Below are positions 46,327 to 60,480 of a DNA stretch of 64,000 bases, piece by piece (position 1 is the stretch's first letter; every line of letters begins with the position of its first letter). The position numbers were made by a program, and so were the translations under genes. This DNA comes from Trichosphaerium sp. ATCC 40318 (taxonomy: Eukaryota; Protista; Tubulinea). The notes below the pieces were generated by a model. The model saw nothing but the letters and a program-made list of their open reading frames with translations. It did not search any database and had not been told where the DNA came from. The DNA is taken from assembly GCA_038496445.1 (NCBI GenBank), contig JALMLS010000232.1:124001-188000 (forward strand). Direction: 5' to 3'.

Positions 46327-49311
46327 ATGACGTCCGAGCTTGCGGCTATGAACACCTCTCCCAGTTCTTTTGAAGCCACGGTATGCTTTTGCCGCGATTG
46401 GCATGTTGTCTCACACTCTCCGCGTAGGATGATACGATTTTAACGATACCACCAGTTCCCAACGCAAACCAGTCTTTGACAAACCAAAAAACCCCTCCAA
46501 AGATTGCGACGCAGAAACTGGTGGAGCTGACGCCTCAAGGTACACATTCTTTTTTCCGCCTTTCAGTGGTGTCTTACACGCCTTTCAAAACGTTGTTCCC
46601 AGTCCTCTTTTCTGTTCTCTTTTTTAGTAAAATCTGTTTCCATAATTCCCAAAATCCTCAACTCACGCGCGCAACAAAGCATATTTGCCGCCAAAGGCTA
46701 TTCAAAACAGAAATAAGTCAAATAGAACAGACAATAAGAAAAAAATTTCCGACGGTGACGCAATGGACGTTGACTCGTCTGCAACGTCCCAAACGCCAAT
46801 AAAAGGTGCGTTTCCGTCTTTTTTTGTTCTTACAGAGAATAGTTTCAAATTCCCTTTTTATTTTTTTTTTGGTTTATAAAAGCCTTTCTACTTACCTCCG
46901 CTCAGAAGAAACTCCCCACATTGATGCAATGGTAACTGATGCAACAGAACTTAACGGTGGCGCTGAAGATGGTACAGTTGAAGATCAGCTTGTTGATATA
47001 ATGGGAGATGATAAGTCTGGTTAGTTTTTTTTTTTTAAAGGAGGAAGTTGTTGTTTTTTTTTATCTTGTTAACATGATGTACTCAAAGCAGTTGAAGTAA
47101 AACAAGAGTCAGTTAATATAGATGAGTTGAAACAAAGGCGAGATGCGCTATTAGCACGCAAACAATCAATTTTACGTGAAGTATGCTTTCTGGAACTTTA
47201 TTTATTTTGTAAATATTTATGTACGATTAGTTGGCTGATTCTGAAGCGATTGAACTAAGTCACAAACGAAAAAGAGGTAGACCAAGAAAGTTGCATGGCG
47301 ATGATTCTGTAAGTTGTTTACAGTGTTTCTTTCAATGTACCTTGCTTATGGTATTTGTGTAGCCTGTTACAGATCTATCAGTGTCTCCGCCCAGCTATAA
47401 ACGGCGAAAACGTGGGCGACCAAAGAAAGGTGACCCGTATGATTCTGGTGCGTGTTTCTTTATTTTTTTTTTTTGAAACAAAAATGGTTCGCATGTGTTT
47501 TGTTTCTAAATTATTTCAAGGGTACTATCAAGACACCTTGATCGGTGACAGTGCAGATTCGTCCTCAGGTAAGCCGAGTACGCCATATCATTTATGTCCA
47601 TACGTCCTTCCTATCTCGGTATCTTTATTATCCATTCTTATTATTTGTAACCCCACCCTATTCTCTAACCTATCAAAGTTTTTTTATTTCATTTTTTTTC
47701 TACAAAGTACCACTCACTTAGCTTATCTCTCAATACGCTTCTTCAAAAAAAAAAAAACGAAGACTCTCCAAAAATTGTTGTTACAACATCTTTTTGTTGT
47801 TTTTGTTTTAACAACTTTTTTTGGGCTTTTTTTTTTGGAGTTGTGTTGTTGGTTATTTGGATAGTTGGTGGTAGTTAAGAAAAATGATATAAAAACTATA
47901 TAAAGAATACCCTAAAACCTGGAAGCTAAATTGTTTTGCTAATACACGACAAATATAGGGAAACGCCCTAGATGTACATGGTCTTTGGAAGAGAGCAAAT
48001 TTTTACTTTCCTTGTTCGAGAGGGGCATGACGGATCCACATGAGGTAATTTTAACTTTATATAATTTCCTCCCTATCATATGCTGTCTTATGTGATATTT
48101 TTCCTTCTTACTCAGGATGAAAGTATACTAATGTGTACTTATTTTAGTTGTTTGAAGAATTCCAAAAATTATCACAGAATTCTAAAACATTTGAACACGT
48201 CAAGAACAAGAAATGTAATTTATTTGCAAAAGCATCACAAAGAAGGGTATCAGTCATAGAAGTATTGAGGGAAGATATCAAGAAGCTAGGTACGTTTAAT
48301 AAGTCATTTGACTTGAAGTTTGCAAAGATCTTTTGGCGCTTATTTGCTCAGAAAAGCTTGTTTTTTTTGTTTTTTTTTTGTTTTCTCTTTGTTTTTTTTT
48401 TTGCTTTTCTTATAAGTTTGTTTTGCGCCTACTCTACTTTATTCCTTCTTTGCAATCTTCCACGGTACTTTATATCAGTGGAGGGTCTTTACGGCTTTTA
48501 GTTAACGTGGCTATTGAGCCTGCGGTAACGCCTACAGGCCCTCCGCCCCTCAAGAGACGTGGGCCAGGTAGAGTAAATTTCCGAGTATCCTTAACCTTTG
48601 TAGGGAGACCGAGGAGACGATCTGGCACTGGTGAAAATGGAGGAGGTGATTATAGCCCACCTGCCTTTGCTCCACCTACTGATGACGAGTATATAGTAGC
48701 TACAGCTGATAATAAGAAATCCAAAAGAAACGTAACTAATGTAACCCAACACTTTTTTTTTCAGAATTATCTTTTTCGTTTTCTTTCTTGGTATTAATCC
48801 GTCTTCATTAGATATATCGTAAACGATATTATGATGGTGATGTTGATGGCGCAATAGAAGAGGCGATGCAGGAGATACGAGCCGTTATTACAGATAAATT
48901 CCATGAGATACACCAAGTACGGCTTTGATTAGCAAAAAATTTGTTGCAACTGAGATAAAAAAAAACCAAACACACCTAATGTCTTGTGTGATAGATTATG
49001 GTTCAACAAAAAACTATTATGAGCATGATGGTTCATGAACTTAGAGATATTAACAAACGCATGCATCCACGACGAGGGGTATGTTGGTCCACAAACCTTT
49101 TCTTCTTGTTTTTTTTTATAATTTCTAAATTCGAGTTTTTTTGTAGGACGCTTCTCTTTCTAATGTTCCTGTGACTCAGGCTCAAGAGGTTGTTGCTGTT
49201 GGATCAGAAAATGGAAAAACTTCAGAGGTAACTAAAGATACACCTGTTACATCTGGAGCACCATTGGCCGAAGCACAGCCTAAAGAAGATGTTACGAGTG
49301 TGAAGGAATGA
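46327..49311 (+). CDS. AT-hook and Myb/SANT-like domain nuclear protein (multi-exon)
   Basis: AT-hooks KRKRGRPRK, RKRGRPKK and GRPRRR. The segment RCTWSLEESKFLLSLFERG...KTFEHVKNKKCNL is Myb-like. Confidence 0.65.
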
Positions 49312-49632
49312 AGATGATGTAAATTTTATGATTTTTGGCGTGATTTTCAAACAAACAAAAAACAAAACTTTAAAAAAAACGCCTGTAACGAGCGCCAAAG
49401 AGCGTCCGTATGTACTTGTAATCAATCAAGGAATCGAGATATATACGCTAATTGTAACTTAAAGAGTGTAGATTCAGTGTACAGAATAGAACATTTGACT
49501 GAGATGCATCTGTATTTTTTTTTGTATGCTTTTTTGGCTTCTTGTTATTTTCTGCTTTAGAAGCGCCTGGCGTTTTCATTGAAAAATTGTAGATGATTAT
49601 CTACGTGTAGTTGGAACGTTGTTTATGACACT

Positions 49633-52085
49633 ATGGCTTCTCTTCTGTTTGCTAAAATACGGAATTCAGTGCAAAGCAACTACAAAGAGCTGCGTGAAGC
49701 CAAGGTTGGATGTTCATTTACTTTTTGTTAAACTGGTTTTGTAGACTCAATGCACAACCGCTCATACGCGTATAAAGCACTTGGAGAAGCAGTCAATAGA
49801 GCTTGAAGCTTCTTCTAAAACAAATAGCGAAAAAACGGTACAAAAAGACGTTACAGTCATAAAACTCATCTAGCGTAGCTAAACACCAACGACAGTGTAA
49901 TACAATGGAAGCGAGAATGTGACATTTTACGTGAGAAGATTTCAACTCTAAAGGACGCACTCAACGAAACAGAGCAAATATCATACAGCAAGTCTGATTT
50001 GATTAAATCTCTGAAATTCGCCGAGTACGAATTCGAGAGCAAACTCGAAACTAAGGATAAAGAGATAAGAGAGCTGCGAGAACGTTATAACGTAACACTA
50101 CTAATTTTTTATGGCTCTGACACCTTCGTAAGCGTCAAGCAGAATTGATACACGCTTTTGAAGAAAAGTACTCTGTATTGCAGAACGAAGTGAATGCATG
50201 CACGGCTGAGTGCGAGAGAAATGTGTCTTTGAGTAAGTTGGTTTGTTTGATAGTTTTTAACTTCTTCGCAGCTAGTGACCTACAAGCTAAGTATTGTTCC
50301 TTGAAATCATCGCATGATAACCTAAGTGGTAATGATATTGCTCTAACCACTTGTTGTAACTATTTGTAGACCAGCTTTCTTCGGCAGAGGATGGGAACGC
50401 AAGGAAAGAAAAACAAATCTCAACTCTTCAGCTTGAGATTGCAGCTATTACAGACGACCGTTTACGAGAGCAACAACATTCCCTTGATATAAAATCATCA
50501 CTGGAGGAGGTTTGCACAAAGAAACACTATTTCTTGATTAAAACTTGCTGTCATAGGCTACAAAAACCATTGAAGAGTCTCAACAGGCGTTAGATTCAGT
50601 ATCAAATCAAAAAGAAGTACGAAGTAATCTCAATACAATCTGACTCACAACAAGTGTAGTGTCTGTTTGACGATTTGAAAAACGCAGAAGAATTACGTGC
50701 TACTGCACTAAATTTCCTTGAAGAAAAGCAAGCAAAAATTGAGAAACTTCACAAAGAGCTATCCGTTGAAAAATTAAACAAACACGAAGCTGACAAGGTA
50801 TAGCAAACCAGAAATATGTTGTACTAACAAATTACTCAAGGCTGCCATGGAAAGACAACTAGGTCTCTTGAACGAAGCTAAGCTTGAGTTCCATACAGCA
50901 CACCAAGAAGAGGTATCAAAGCTGAAGGGTGAGATACAAAAGCTCAAAGAATCTATTCCTGCGTTTGAAGCAAAGTAAGTCATGAGACTTCTCAGAATGT
51001 ATTCTTTGCTCAACTCTGTGTTTGTAGAGCTCATGTTGCCACCAAGCATAGTGAGCAGTGGGAGGTTAGATGTGAAAAAATGCGTTTAAACACTGAAGCA
51101 GTATTGAATACTTCTAATGCATACAAGAATAAGATGCATAAGTTAGAAAAGAAGTGTAGAGCGCTTGAGATAGAAGCAGTCAAATTTAGAAGCAGTACAC
51201 TGTTTGAATTGTTGTTAGCACCTAAGTGGTTTACACAGGCAAGCAAGCAGCTCAAAAACCTACAAAGGAGTCTTGGCGAAGCATAAGTAACTTCCGTGAC
51301 AATGAGCACCACCAGTCCTTGTCTAGTGAAACGAATACTGGAACACTACTCTCAATCGATGATGACGCTGACCGAATTCTAACTCAAGTACGTACTGCTA
51401 GAAAAGAATGACAAACCAACTTTCTCTAAGAATGACAATCACCATACTAATATTCGTGCTACATTGGATTTTGATGAAAGCGTCTGGTGTGACAATGCAT
51501 TTAATGGTGGTTTTGCTGTTACGACGAAAGCAAAGCATGCCGATACTCGCACGCAAGCTGTTGCAACAAAAAAGTACGCTGAACGTCCACCACTACTAAC
51601 TGAGACATTTAAAGAACTCCACATGGGAATAGTAGTAAACAAAACAGGGGGTTGCGCCTAAACCTAACTACTACGCCTGTGAGGAAAGTTGTCCGTCCAC
51701 GCAATAAATCTGTTGCTTCTACCCGAAGAGGTAAGCGTAAATTATCCATTACGAAGGGTATTGCGTGTTGTGAAAAGCCGGAATTTGGATTGATGGTACA
51801 ACACAACTTGTAATAATAAGACTAATCTAATACCCTTAGATTGATTGTTCTGTGTGTAAAAAACGATTTCATGCTACTTGTTTACCTGGCGTAGTACCAC
51901 TTGGTACGTAAACAAGTTTTGGTTGTTCGATTGCTACAACTTTTTCAAATCGTACAAGTTCAATGAAATTGTAGTTTGGAATTGTAATTTTAGTATTAGG
52001 GCCTTTTACGTGTAATAGTTGTGCGTCAAAACCTCCAAAAAAGAGCCGACGTACTAGAGCGAGAAATAGCGTGAAGAAAAACTGA
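49633..52085 (+). CDS. Long coiled-coil protein with C-terminal PHD finger
   Basis: Many heptad-rich exons. The last three exons splice to CCEKPEFGLM-IDCSVCKKRFHATCLPGVVPL-GPFTCNSC (C4HC3), followed by a basic tail. Confidence 0.7.
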
Positions 52086-52813
52086 AATGAAAAGATATTA
52101 GTTTTGTGCGCTTTAAATAATCTTTTACGCTTCTTTACGCATATTAATGGCGTAAAATAGTATTATTAAAGGCGAGTAGACGAATTCTTATTTCAAACTA
52201 CATTCTTCCTTACTTCTCCACTTTCTTTCAAATATTTTTTCCCTTTAGAAGCTGTTTCAAGGTGACATATCACCATACGTTGTTGTTCTTTTGTTCTTCC
52301 CACAATTTATTTTATCAAAAACGCAAAAAACAAATTTGTTTTACAGCTTATTTCTTGGCTCACTTTCGTAGCGTAATACTCCTTCACGAGTTTACAACAC
52401 GTTCCTTTTTTTGATGCATAAGTCTTGTCATGAACTTCTATGATTATGACCTGCAGAGAGCAACGCGCAAGTCGTTCTCTGTATAGCTGATCCGCCCATT
52501 TTTTCAAAAAAAAAAAAAGAAATACGACAGAAAGCACCCAAAAAATCCTTCACGCAAGCTTGAACTGCTCGCACGTGTTCTTATAAGTATCTGTGAGGAT
52601 TCTTCAGTGTTTTCTACGCGTTTTGAGAGCATGTACATCTTCATAGTAAACGAAAGCCGCTTTCAAGAAAAAACACTCGCAAAAACGGAGTATGTCACTT
52701 AAAAATACAATTGTGAAAGTGTACAATGAGATGGCAAACACATACAAATTACTATTAACATCACGCACTATGCTGTTTACACGGTTCTTTTTTAACCTTA
52801 AGAGTACATTTGT

Positions 52814-54185
52814 TTAACAACAACAATACCCACCAGCGAACTTGTCTGTTTTCTCGCGTACAACGGCAAGTGAGATTGCTATTGCAGCGAAAACGACTAT
52901 AGCCACGACAAATACAATTGGCTGCCATATAGGAGGTACTAGAGCGATTATTAATATCGGATCTAGTATGAAAGAACGCCAAACGTCATTGGCTAAAGAG
53001 TTGATTATAATTATTGTTCGTACTTGTTTCAATGTGGAATTTAGAACCGTCATGTACAAATGTGACATTTTCAGAAACATAACGTGGAATTCTGACCCAT
53101 ATCTCCTTGTTCTTCTTATTCTCATCATCAGAAAGACCTTCAAAATCTTCTTTTGAGGCTTCAACTTTGAGCTTTTACAAATAAATTAGCAAGAAAGTAA
53201 TAAATCAACACTCATTTTACCTCTACAGAAGTTTCTCCATCTGGTGTAACAGTAGCTGCAGTTGCAGATACTTCTAGGCCAAACCTATTAAAACTCTATT
53301 AGCTAACGCAAACAACAGGAAAATCCTATTCAATGATAGCTAGGAAAAACGTCTTGGAAGACATTGTTGCTTAACGAGATATCTTAAAAACTTGATTCTT
53401 TTTTAGTTTAGTGTATGTACCTAGCTTTTGTAAATGTATCCCCTGAAGCTTTCGTTTCAGCTTTACTGGTAGTGTTCAAGTGGTACAGCATGACCTTTAA
53501 AAACATCATTTTAAAAAAATGTCCAGTCAAGTTTTTTTGGCGTAGAGACTTACCAAATTACTTGTTTGCTCAGCTGTAGCTTGCCACGTATAACCATCTA
53601 TCATTACACCAAAATTCGCTGCGCATAATTCTGGTGATGGACTAGAAACGTTATTAGACGACATGGAATTTTTTTTCAAAATTACAAAAAAAATGTTTGT
53701 TGTGTTTCTCCATTTTAACGTACTCAGATAACGCTGTAAGTGTAAAAGATATTTCTGATACGCGTGATTCACCCCATAGACCGGTTATTTCAAAGAGTAT
53801 ATTTTCAGTGTTATCTATCGTTATTTTTGATTAGAATCGTTTAGGAGGTATTATTTACGAGCGTACTGGGTGTTGAATGCTGTATTGTCCATGTTGCGTT
53901 TGATTGTAAAAAATCAATGACATCTGGCGCTGTTGTCGTGCCTGTTTCAGTATCAATGCGCTCAAATAGCTTGTTAGGCGAGTAAATAAAGCTTTCCGAC
54001 TCTTTCTCTGGTAACGAAATGCGCCACTGAAGAAAATTTGTAACGTTCATCACATCTAAATTACAAGCCTCTCCATAGGATTCTTTCGAATAAACAACGC
54101 GAAATAAAACATTCTCCTCTGGGTTAGTTTCTACTGTTAAAGCGGATACGAGCGCCACTAGAGCAAGTAAAATCAGTGCTCGCAT
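52814..54185 (-). CDS. Hypothetical type I membrane protein
   Basis: Signal peptide MRALILLALVALVSA, a C-terminal TM segment (PIWQPIVFVVAIVVFAAIAISLAVV) and tail GGYCCC*. Confidence 0.7.
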
Positions 54186-54452
54186 TGCTGTCAGTTACCA
54201 ACGCTAAAAATGTTTTAACAAATAAGTTGAACTTAACTATATTTTGTAGTGCCTAGTTAACCCTGTAAACGAGTTATAAACAGCCGTTGGAACACTTATT
54301 TTAGTAAGTCTAGTTTAGTCATTTTTGCCTCAATATAAGACAACCTCACTCAACGCCATAGCTCCTACTATTAGATACTTGGGCTGTGTTTTACAACGAA
54401 ACTTGTACTGTAAACAACTAAACAAGTAAACTGTACTTTAAACCTGCGCCCT

Positions 54453-57275
54453 ATGAGCTCTAGTGACACATCTGGAGTAACATTGGGTACGTACAGAATT
54501 ACCCTTTATCGTAATTTAAAACACCATATCACGGCACTCTTACACTCTCGTGTGTCGACACAGAGCTCAGTTTTAGCAAAAAAAAAGTTTAACGTTGATT
54601 AGATAACCTTGAAACGTTCCTTGGCCCTGATGAAACTTCACTGGAAGCTCAACCGCCAGGTGACTGCGTTGCTACACCAATAGGAAACAAAACGAACATA
54701 GTTCGGCCTGTTCCGCCTGGTGCACAACTTGACTGTACCAGCACGGCTCAAGGAAGCGACGAGAAGTCGAATACATCACAAAACGTAATTGAAAATACAA
54801 ACGAAACTGGTAGCTCGTCCCCATCACGCACCAGAAAGCGCTCAGTAACAGAAGGTGGAGCGGGTGCTGTTGAACCAACGAATCTACCTAAGAAGTCCAG
54901 AAGCACTCTAACTACCACCAGAAAACGCTCAGTCACTGCAGACGAGGGTTATAAAGGCAGTATAGAGCCCACACTTTCTACTCAACCAGTTATGGTTGAT
55001 ACTGTTGAACCTCATCGTTTTACTTCTCGTGCTAGCAGCAAAGCCAGTAGATTACTACTACCAACCCAGCACTCATCAAGCAGGCTGAGCAGTTCAGTAC
55101 TGAGGACATCCGGTGTTGTGGATGTTGAAAACGGTATAGATTTAAGTTTTTTGCCTGAGCATAGCGTCCACGATGGCGTTGGTGAGTCAAAGAAACAATG
55201 GAAGTACGTGAAGACGTTTTTTTTTTCTGAAATTACACTTGTGCTTATGATTGGTTAGGCTTGAGAATGGTCTTGTTCTAGTGTCTCAGAATTGGCAAAT
55301 AGTAGTTAAAGGTATTGACGCGTAGTCAGTAGTTGTTTTTTTTATAATTGACGTTTTCGTGCTTTAGGTGGTTTGTTGGATTCTCTGATTGAAAGGCTGA
55401 CTTATGAATCACTTGCGGTTGATCCTGATATGAAACTTGTTGATATCTTCTTGAAGACCTACCGCACATTTATTCCGCCTATACAACTAATGACTAAGCT
55501 ATTTGAGCGTTTTAAATCACCAGTGATTCAAGAACAAGCAGAAACAAACATTATGAACGAAGAGACACCTGAAAAGCGAGTAAAGATTATTCGTCTACGT
55601 GTTGGTAATGTAATGAAACAGTGGTTGAAATATCATTTTCCAGACTTTGCAGAGGACACAGACGTTATGGCTTGCTTTGATAATAATATGCATGCGTTAA
55701 GAGATATGGGATTTGGGCAGCTTGCAGATCAATGTACACGCATGAGAGATGACGCTATGACCAAGATGAAGAACGATACTCGACGTAGTCTTGTTTTCTC
55801 TAAAAAAGCCCCACCATCATACGAGCCAAGCACAAACGATTTTTCTGATTTCCACGAGTTGGAGATTGCACGTCAGCTTTGTTTGTTAGAAGAAAAACAT
55901 TACAAAGCAATCAAGCCTAGAGAGTGTCTTAACCAAAATTGGCTTAAACATAAAGAACTCGCTACAAATATTTGTGCGTTTACTCAGCATTTTAATCAAG
56001 TCAGTGGATGGGTAGCAACCACAATGGTTGGTTGTGGAGATGTTAAAGAACGTACCAAACTACTAAGAAAGTTTATCAGAATAGCTGATGTACGTTGTTG
56101 TTTTTTATCAAGCAAACTGCTATTATAGTGTTCCTTCTTCTTACGCTTTATTCCTAGCATTGTAAGGAGCTTAATAACTTTAACGCTACTCAAGAGATAC
56201 TCGCTGGTCTTGCTAATGCATCTGTGCATCGATTGAAGCAGACTTGGGCGGTACGCATCTTGTTTCTTGGTTTCTTTTTTTTTTTGATTGTTTTACTACG
56301 TACTAATCTCTATTGTTTGCAGCGTCTTGATACTAAAACAATGCAAAAATTTGAGGCTTTGCATGCACTTATGACAACAAAGCATTATGAATTATATACG
56401 AAGCATCTTGCTAGTATTAATCCTCCTTGTGTCCCATTCGTTGGTAAGCTTTTTTTTAAATGAAAAAAATACTCAAAAAACTTTATTGGTTTTATTGTGA
56501 CCAAGTTCTCGCTTTTTTTTTCCAATTGATACGCTTGATATCACTTGTATATGGGAGTATGCTTGTATACGTTGTTTAACCCATTTTTGTAGGTATGTGG
56601 CTTACACAATTGACGTTTATTGAAGATGGTAATAAAAATTATTTGGAACTTGTTGAAGGTGGTGTAGAGGGAGTAATCAACTTTGATAAGATGCGTAGCA
56701 TCGCTTCAGTTATTATGAAAATTCAACAGTACCAGCAAGCACCTTATAACTTCGAGAAGGTACAAACATGCCAAGACATTTTTGAATTAAAAAATACTTT
56801 TTATTTTTTTTTCGTTTATCAAATATCTTACTCTTCTGCTTTCAGGTTGATATTATCTATGAGTACTTGATTGATCTCGAACGAATAGAGTCCGAGGATG
56901 CACTTTATAAGCTGTCGTGTATTGTTGAGCCTAAAGTAAGTAAGGATAGTATCAACAGTTCACAAAACGGGTACGAATATTTATTTGTTTTGTTTCGAAA
57001 CAAACTTTTTTTTTAGGCGTAGCAAGCTTCGCTCTTCACTTTCTAAGAGCGCTACTGCTTCTTATAAAAGACTTGGTCTTTTTAGTAGTAGGAAGAAAAA
57101 GAAGGGAGGTACATCACCTAGAGGTGATAAGGTTACGTCACCTAGAAGTTCAAAGAACTTAAAAAGTTCGAAGGGTGATAAAAGTTCAAAAAGTCTTAAA
57201 AATTCTAAGAGTTCTAAAAGTGACAAGAGTGTATTATCACCTGGTCGTAGTGGTGAAAAGAAGTCTAATACTTAG
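54453..57275 (+). CDS. Ras guanine nucleotide exchange factor (REM + CDC25 domains)
   Basis: Motifs include LIERLT, FLKTYRTF, RLRVGNVMKQWL, EIARQLCL, FNQVSGWVA, RLKQTW, PPCVPFVG, TFIEDGN and INFDKMR. Both termini are low-complexity. Confidence 0.93.
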
Positions 57276-57707
57276 AAAGAAAGAAGAAAAGAAAAAGAAA
57301 AGCCCACCAACGTTGGACTGCCCGACCCCCTTTACCTGTTTTAGTAGATAAAAAATTAAATATCAGCAGAAAAAAAGAAGATTAATTGTCAATAAATCTT
57401 GTTCTGCTCCACATAGTGATGACTTTAATTTGAATCTTGTATGGTAACTTGCCCGTGTATTGATGCCTTGCTAATACTAGTATAAACTCGGTGCAACACT
57501 CAGAACTTGTGCATTCCGTGAATGTTCAGTCACTGTCTGGTGGACTATGTGAACGATCTAGTCAGCTGTGTACTGCCTACGTGGAGCTGACTCTACAAAA
57601 CAATAAGTTTACACTCTACCGCAGGTTTAGACAGGTTGTCGTGTAGTAAATAGTGGTGGAGCACTTAAGTGCAGTTTGAACGGTTTTTTTAAACAAACTG
57701 CTACGCA

Positions 57708-60407
57708 ATGAGTGGACCACGCGGCATACGAGGTACACCAAGCAATGGCTTGTGCGTTAACGGCGTGTATAAAGGATCTGCAAGAGATCGCGTTCAAAAC
57801 CTCTCCAGCGGTTTCTACGGGCGTCATTGGGTATTAAAAAAGATTATACGATGGGTGGAGAGTGATAGGACGGAAAAAGTATTGGTTATTAACGCCCCAG
57901 CAGGTTTGAACGAATTGATCGTGTTGACAGAGCGTTTTGTTTTTTTGCCTATCAAAAAACTTTCTTGTATTTACAAAAAAATAGGTTATGGAAAGTCAGC
58001 ACTCGCTTCATATTTAGTAAAACATGAACCTTTTAAAGATATGATATTGGCGTACCATTTTTGTCAGTATGATAATTTTAACACGTGCGTATCCTTGACA
58101 GATTTTAGTGTAAACTAAAATGATGTCAATCTGGTTTTTTTCCTAAATGTTAACGGATTTTATTCTACAGGTGTTCAGAGGCACAACTTGTGATAAATAT
58201 TGCTGAAATGGTTTCTAGAAAAATACCTGATATGGCGGATGTCCCTTCTGATCTTGAGGATTTGCTTAAACGTCGTGTAGTGTCTCCAATAGAAGGTTTC
58301 GCAGAATGTGTTTTGTTGAGACTTCCTTCGACTCATGACAATATGATTATCCTCATAGATGCATTAGATGAAGCTCTAAGTGTACGCCCTGGTGTCACGA
58401 ATAGTAAAACGATAATTATCTAACGATAAAAAGGGAGTTGGTGAAAACAAAAAGGAAGGACAGAAAATAGTAGATTTTGTTAAAAGAATCGAGCCAATAC
58501 TCCCGGAATGGTTAAAGCTTATAGTTACATCTAGACCTTCTGTAGCTGTTTCCTCAGCGTACGTGATCTCTTTTTTTACCACGGGGATTACTAACGATCG
58601 TTTAAGTTTCTCAGAAACAGGTGATCGTCCTGTGGCGATTATTGACCTTCGTCAACCTGAGGCATTGTCAGACATTGAAAGTTTCATTTTAGAGAAAGGT
58701 GGCATTACTGCTTACTCATCAAAAGAACTTGCCCTTTGGACAAAGGTAAACATATTCACCCATTAAGTTAATACAACGTCTCAACTAAACCATGATCAGG
58801 GTAACTTCCTTCTCGCAACAGCTGTTGTTGACGCTGCTAATTTTTCGATGTTGAAGAATATTGATTTTAGTGCAAGTGTCTCCTGCTTGGATACAATTTA
58901 CACATGCTGCTTTAATATGATATTCAAAGGTACCGAAATTTAACAAAATGCTGTGTATATCGTTTCAACTGATCATGTTCTTTAGGGCAAGTACCAAAAG
59001 CAACTGAGACCATTTTAAAAGTGCTCGTTTCACTAAATGTTCCTCCAACTTTAGATGAACTTTCCTTCTTAACACAACTCTCACGTGGTTCTATCATAGA
59101 TTCTTTGACGAAATTACGCTATTTTGTATTTACAACAAGAGGGCGCATTCATTTCTCTCACAAATCAATCTATGATTGGTTGACGAATGATACTAATCCA
59201 CAGTACTTTATTCCAATCTTGGAAAAAAACGACTTATTTTCTGAACAACTTAAAAACCTCAAGTTAATTTCAAAGTCACTACATAACCTTAGACCATCCT
59301 TTCTATCATATTTGGGATTCAAAAATTGGGAAGAGATTGATACTGAGTTAGTACAATGGACAGAAATGAAGTTAGATAATATTGATAAATTACATTTTTT
59401 CTTGGAACAACAAGTTGGTTATCGTCGTACACAAGAGTTCTTTAGAAATCTTCCTATCCATCTAATAGCTCCAATACAATTCTTAAAAAATTACATGACA
59501 CCGAGGATACTATCAGTACTAATTGCTTGTCGCTATTCTAGAATTAATGAATTCTCTCCAAAAGAGATTTTAGAAAACTTAAGAAACAGTGGTTGTTGGG
59601 GCTTGCACAACCTACTACGTTTTTGTGGGTATACGAGATTATCTCAATGTGATCCGAAAGACGTATCAGCTAAGTTACGTATCATTGGCGGAGAGGGGTT
59701 ACTTGTTTTGGGCAAAGCAGGGTTTTCAAGATGGGATGAGATTAAATATGATTCAAACTTTGATTACTCAGTTCTTTATGCTCTTTCTATTAATAGAGTA
59801 TCTGTACTCAAGTCATGCAAGAAAGATGTACCAGATATTCAACAAGATAAAAGGCTTTTCTCTAGTGAGTGGGTGGAGTATATGTTGCATCCCGGGGACG
59901 TTGAACTAACTGTACAACAGTTCAGAGAAAAGATTGATCCTTCTCTTTGTAAGAAGGACTTATCGCCAGCAGAGTTTGAAAGAATACGTTCTCGTTCTAG
60001 GATACATGGTTATGAAGGTTTGGAAGTATTATTGATACAAGTGGCTTTATATGTATTGTATATATTGGTTCTTGATGAACCTATGATAGTATGGGTTATG
60101 TCGTGTTTCGTTTCTTGTTCGCTTTGTTTGTCTTCATCGGTGTGTCTTTTTTTTTCTTTGTTGGTACTTAAAATCCTGTCTTCTAATATATATTTTTTTA
60201 GTTGCCACATATTTGGCGTAATAGAACAGACACCGAAAAGAGAAATTGGCTGGAATTCTTTTTTGTTTCTCTGATATCTCTTTTTTCTAAAATAGGTATT
60301 ACGTATTTGGTGAGCTACATCATGGTACAGATTGTTTAAACTTCCAGTGAAGGTTTTTTATTACAGATACAATAAGCAACAGCCGAAGAGGGCAAAAGGT
60401 TCAGTAA
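57708..60407 (+). CDS. STAND-class (NACHT/TANC-like) P-loop NTPase
   Basis: FYGRHWV, Walker A APAGYGKS (split by an intron), AYHFCQYDN, Walker B IILIDALDEA, LKLIVTSRP, GNFLLA and the winged-helix FSHKSIYDWL. The 3' end is approximate. Confidence 0.8.
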
Positions 60408-60480
60408 CAAGAAATAAATATACGGTTTGTGGTATGCACTCGAGGACTTGCACTTTTTCTTTTGTTTTTCACGCGGATTT

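Noticed and set aside
54620-54690. Hammerhead-like CTGATGA...GAAA
   Set aside because: No supporting stems were found, and it lies within the RasGEF 5' region.
59900-60240. Villin headpiece at the C-terminus of the STAND NTPase
   Set aside because: There is only a vague resemblance (IDP...LSPAEF...LP.IW). The conserved Phe core and KKxxxLF are missing.
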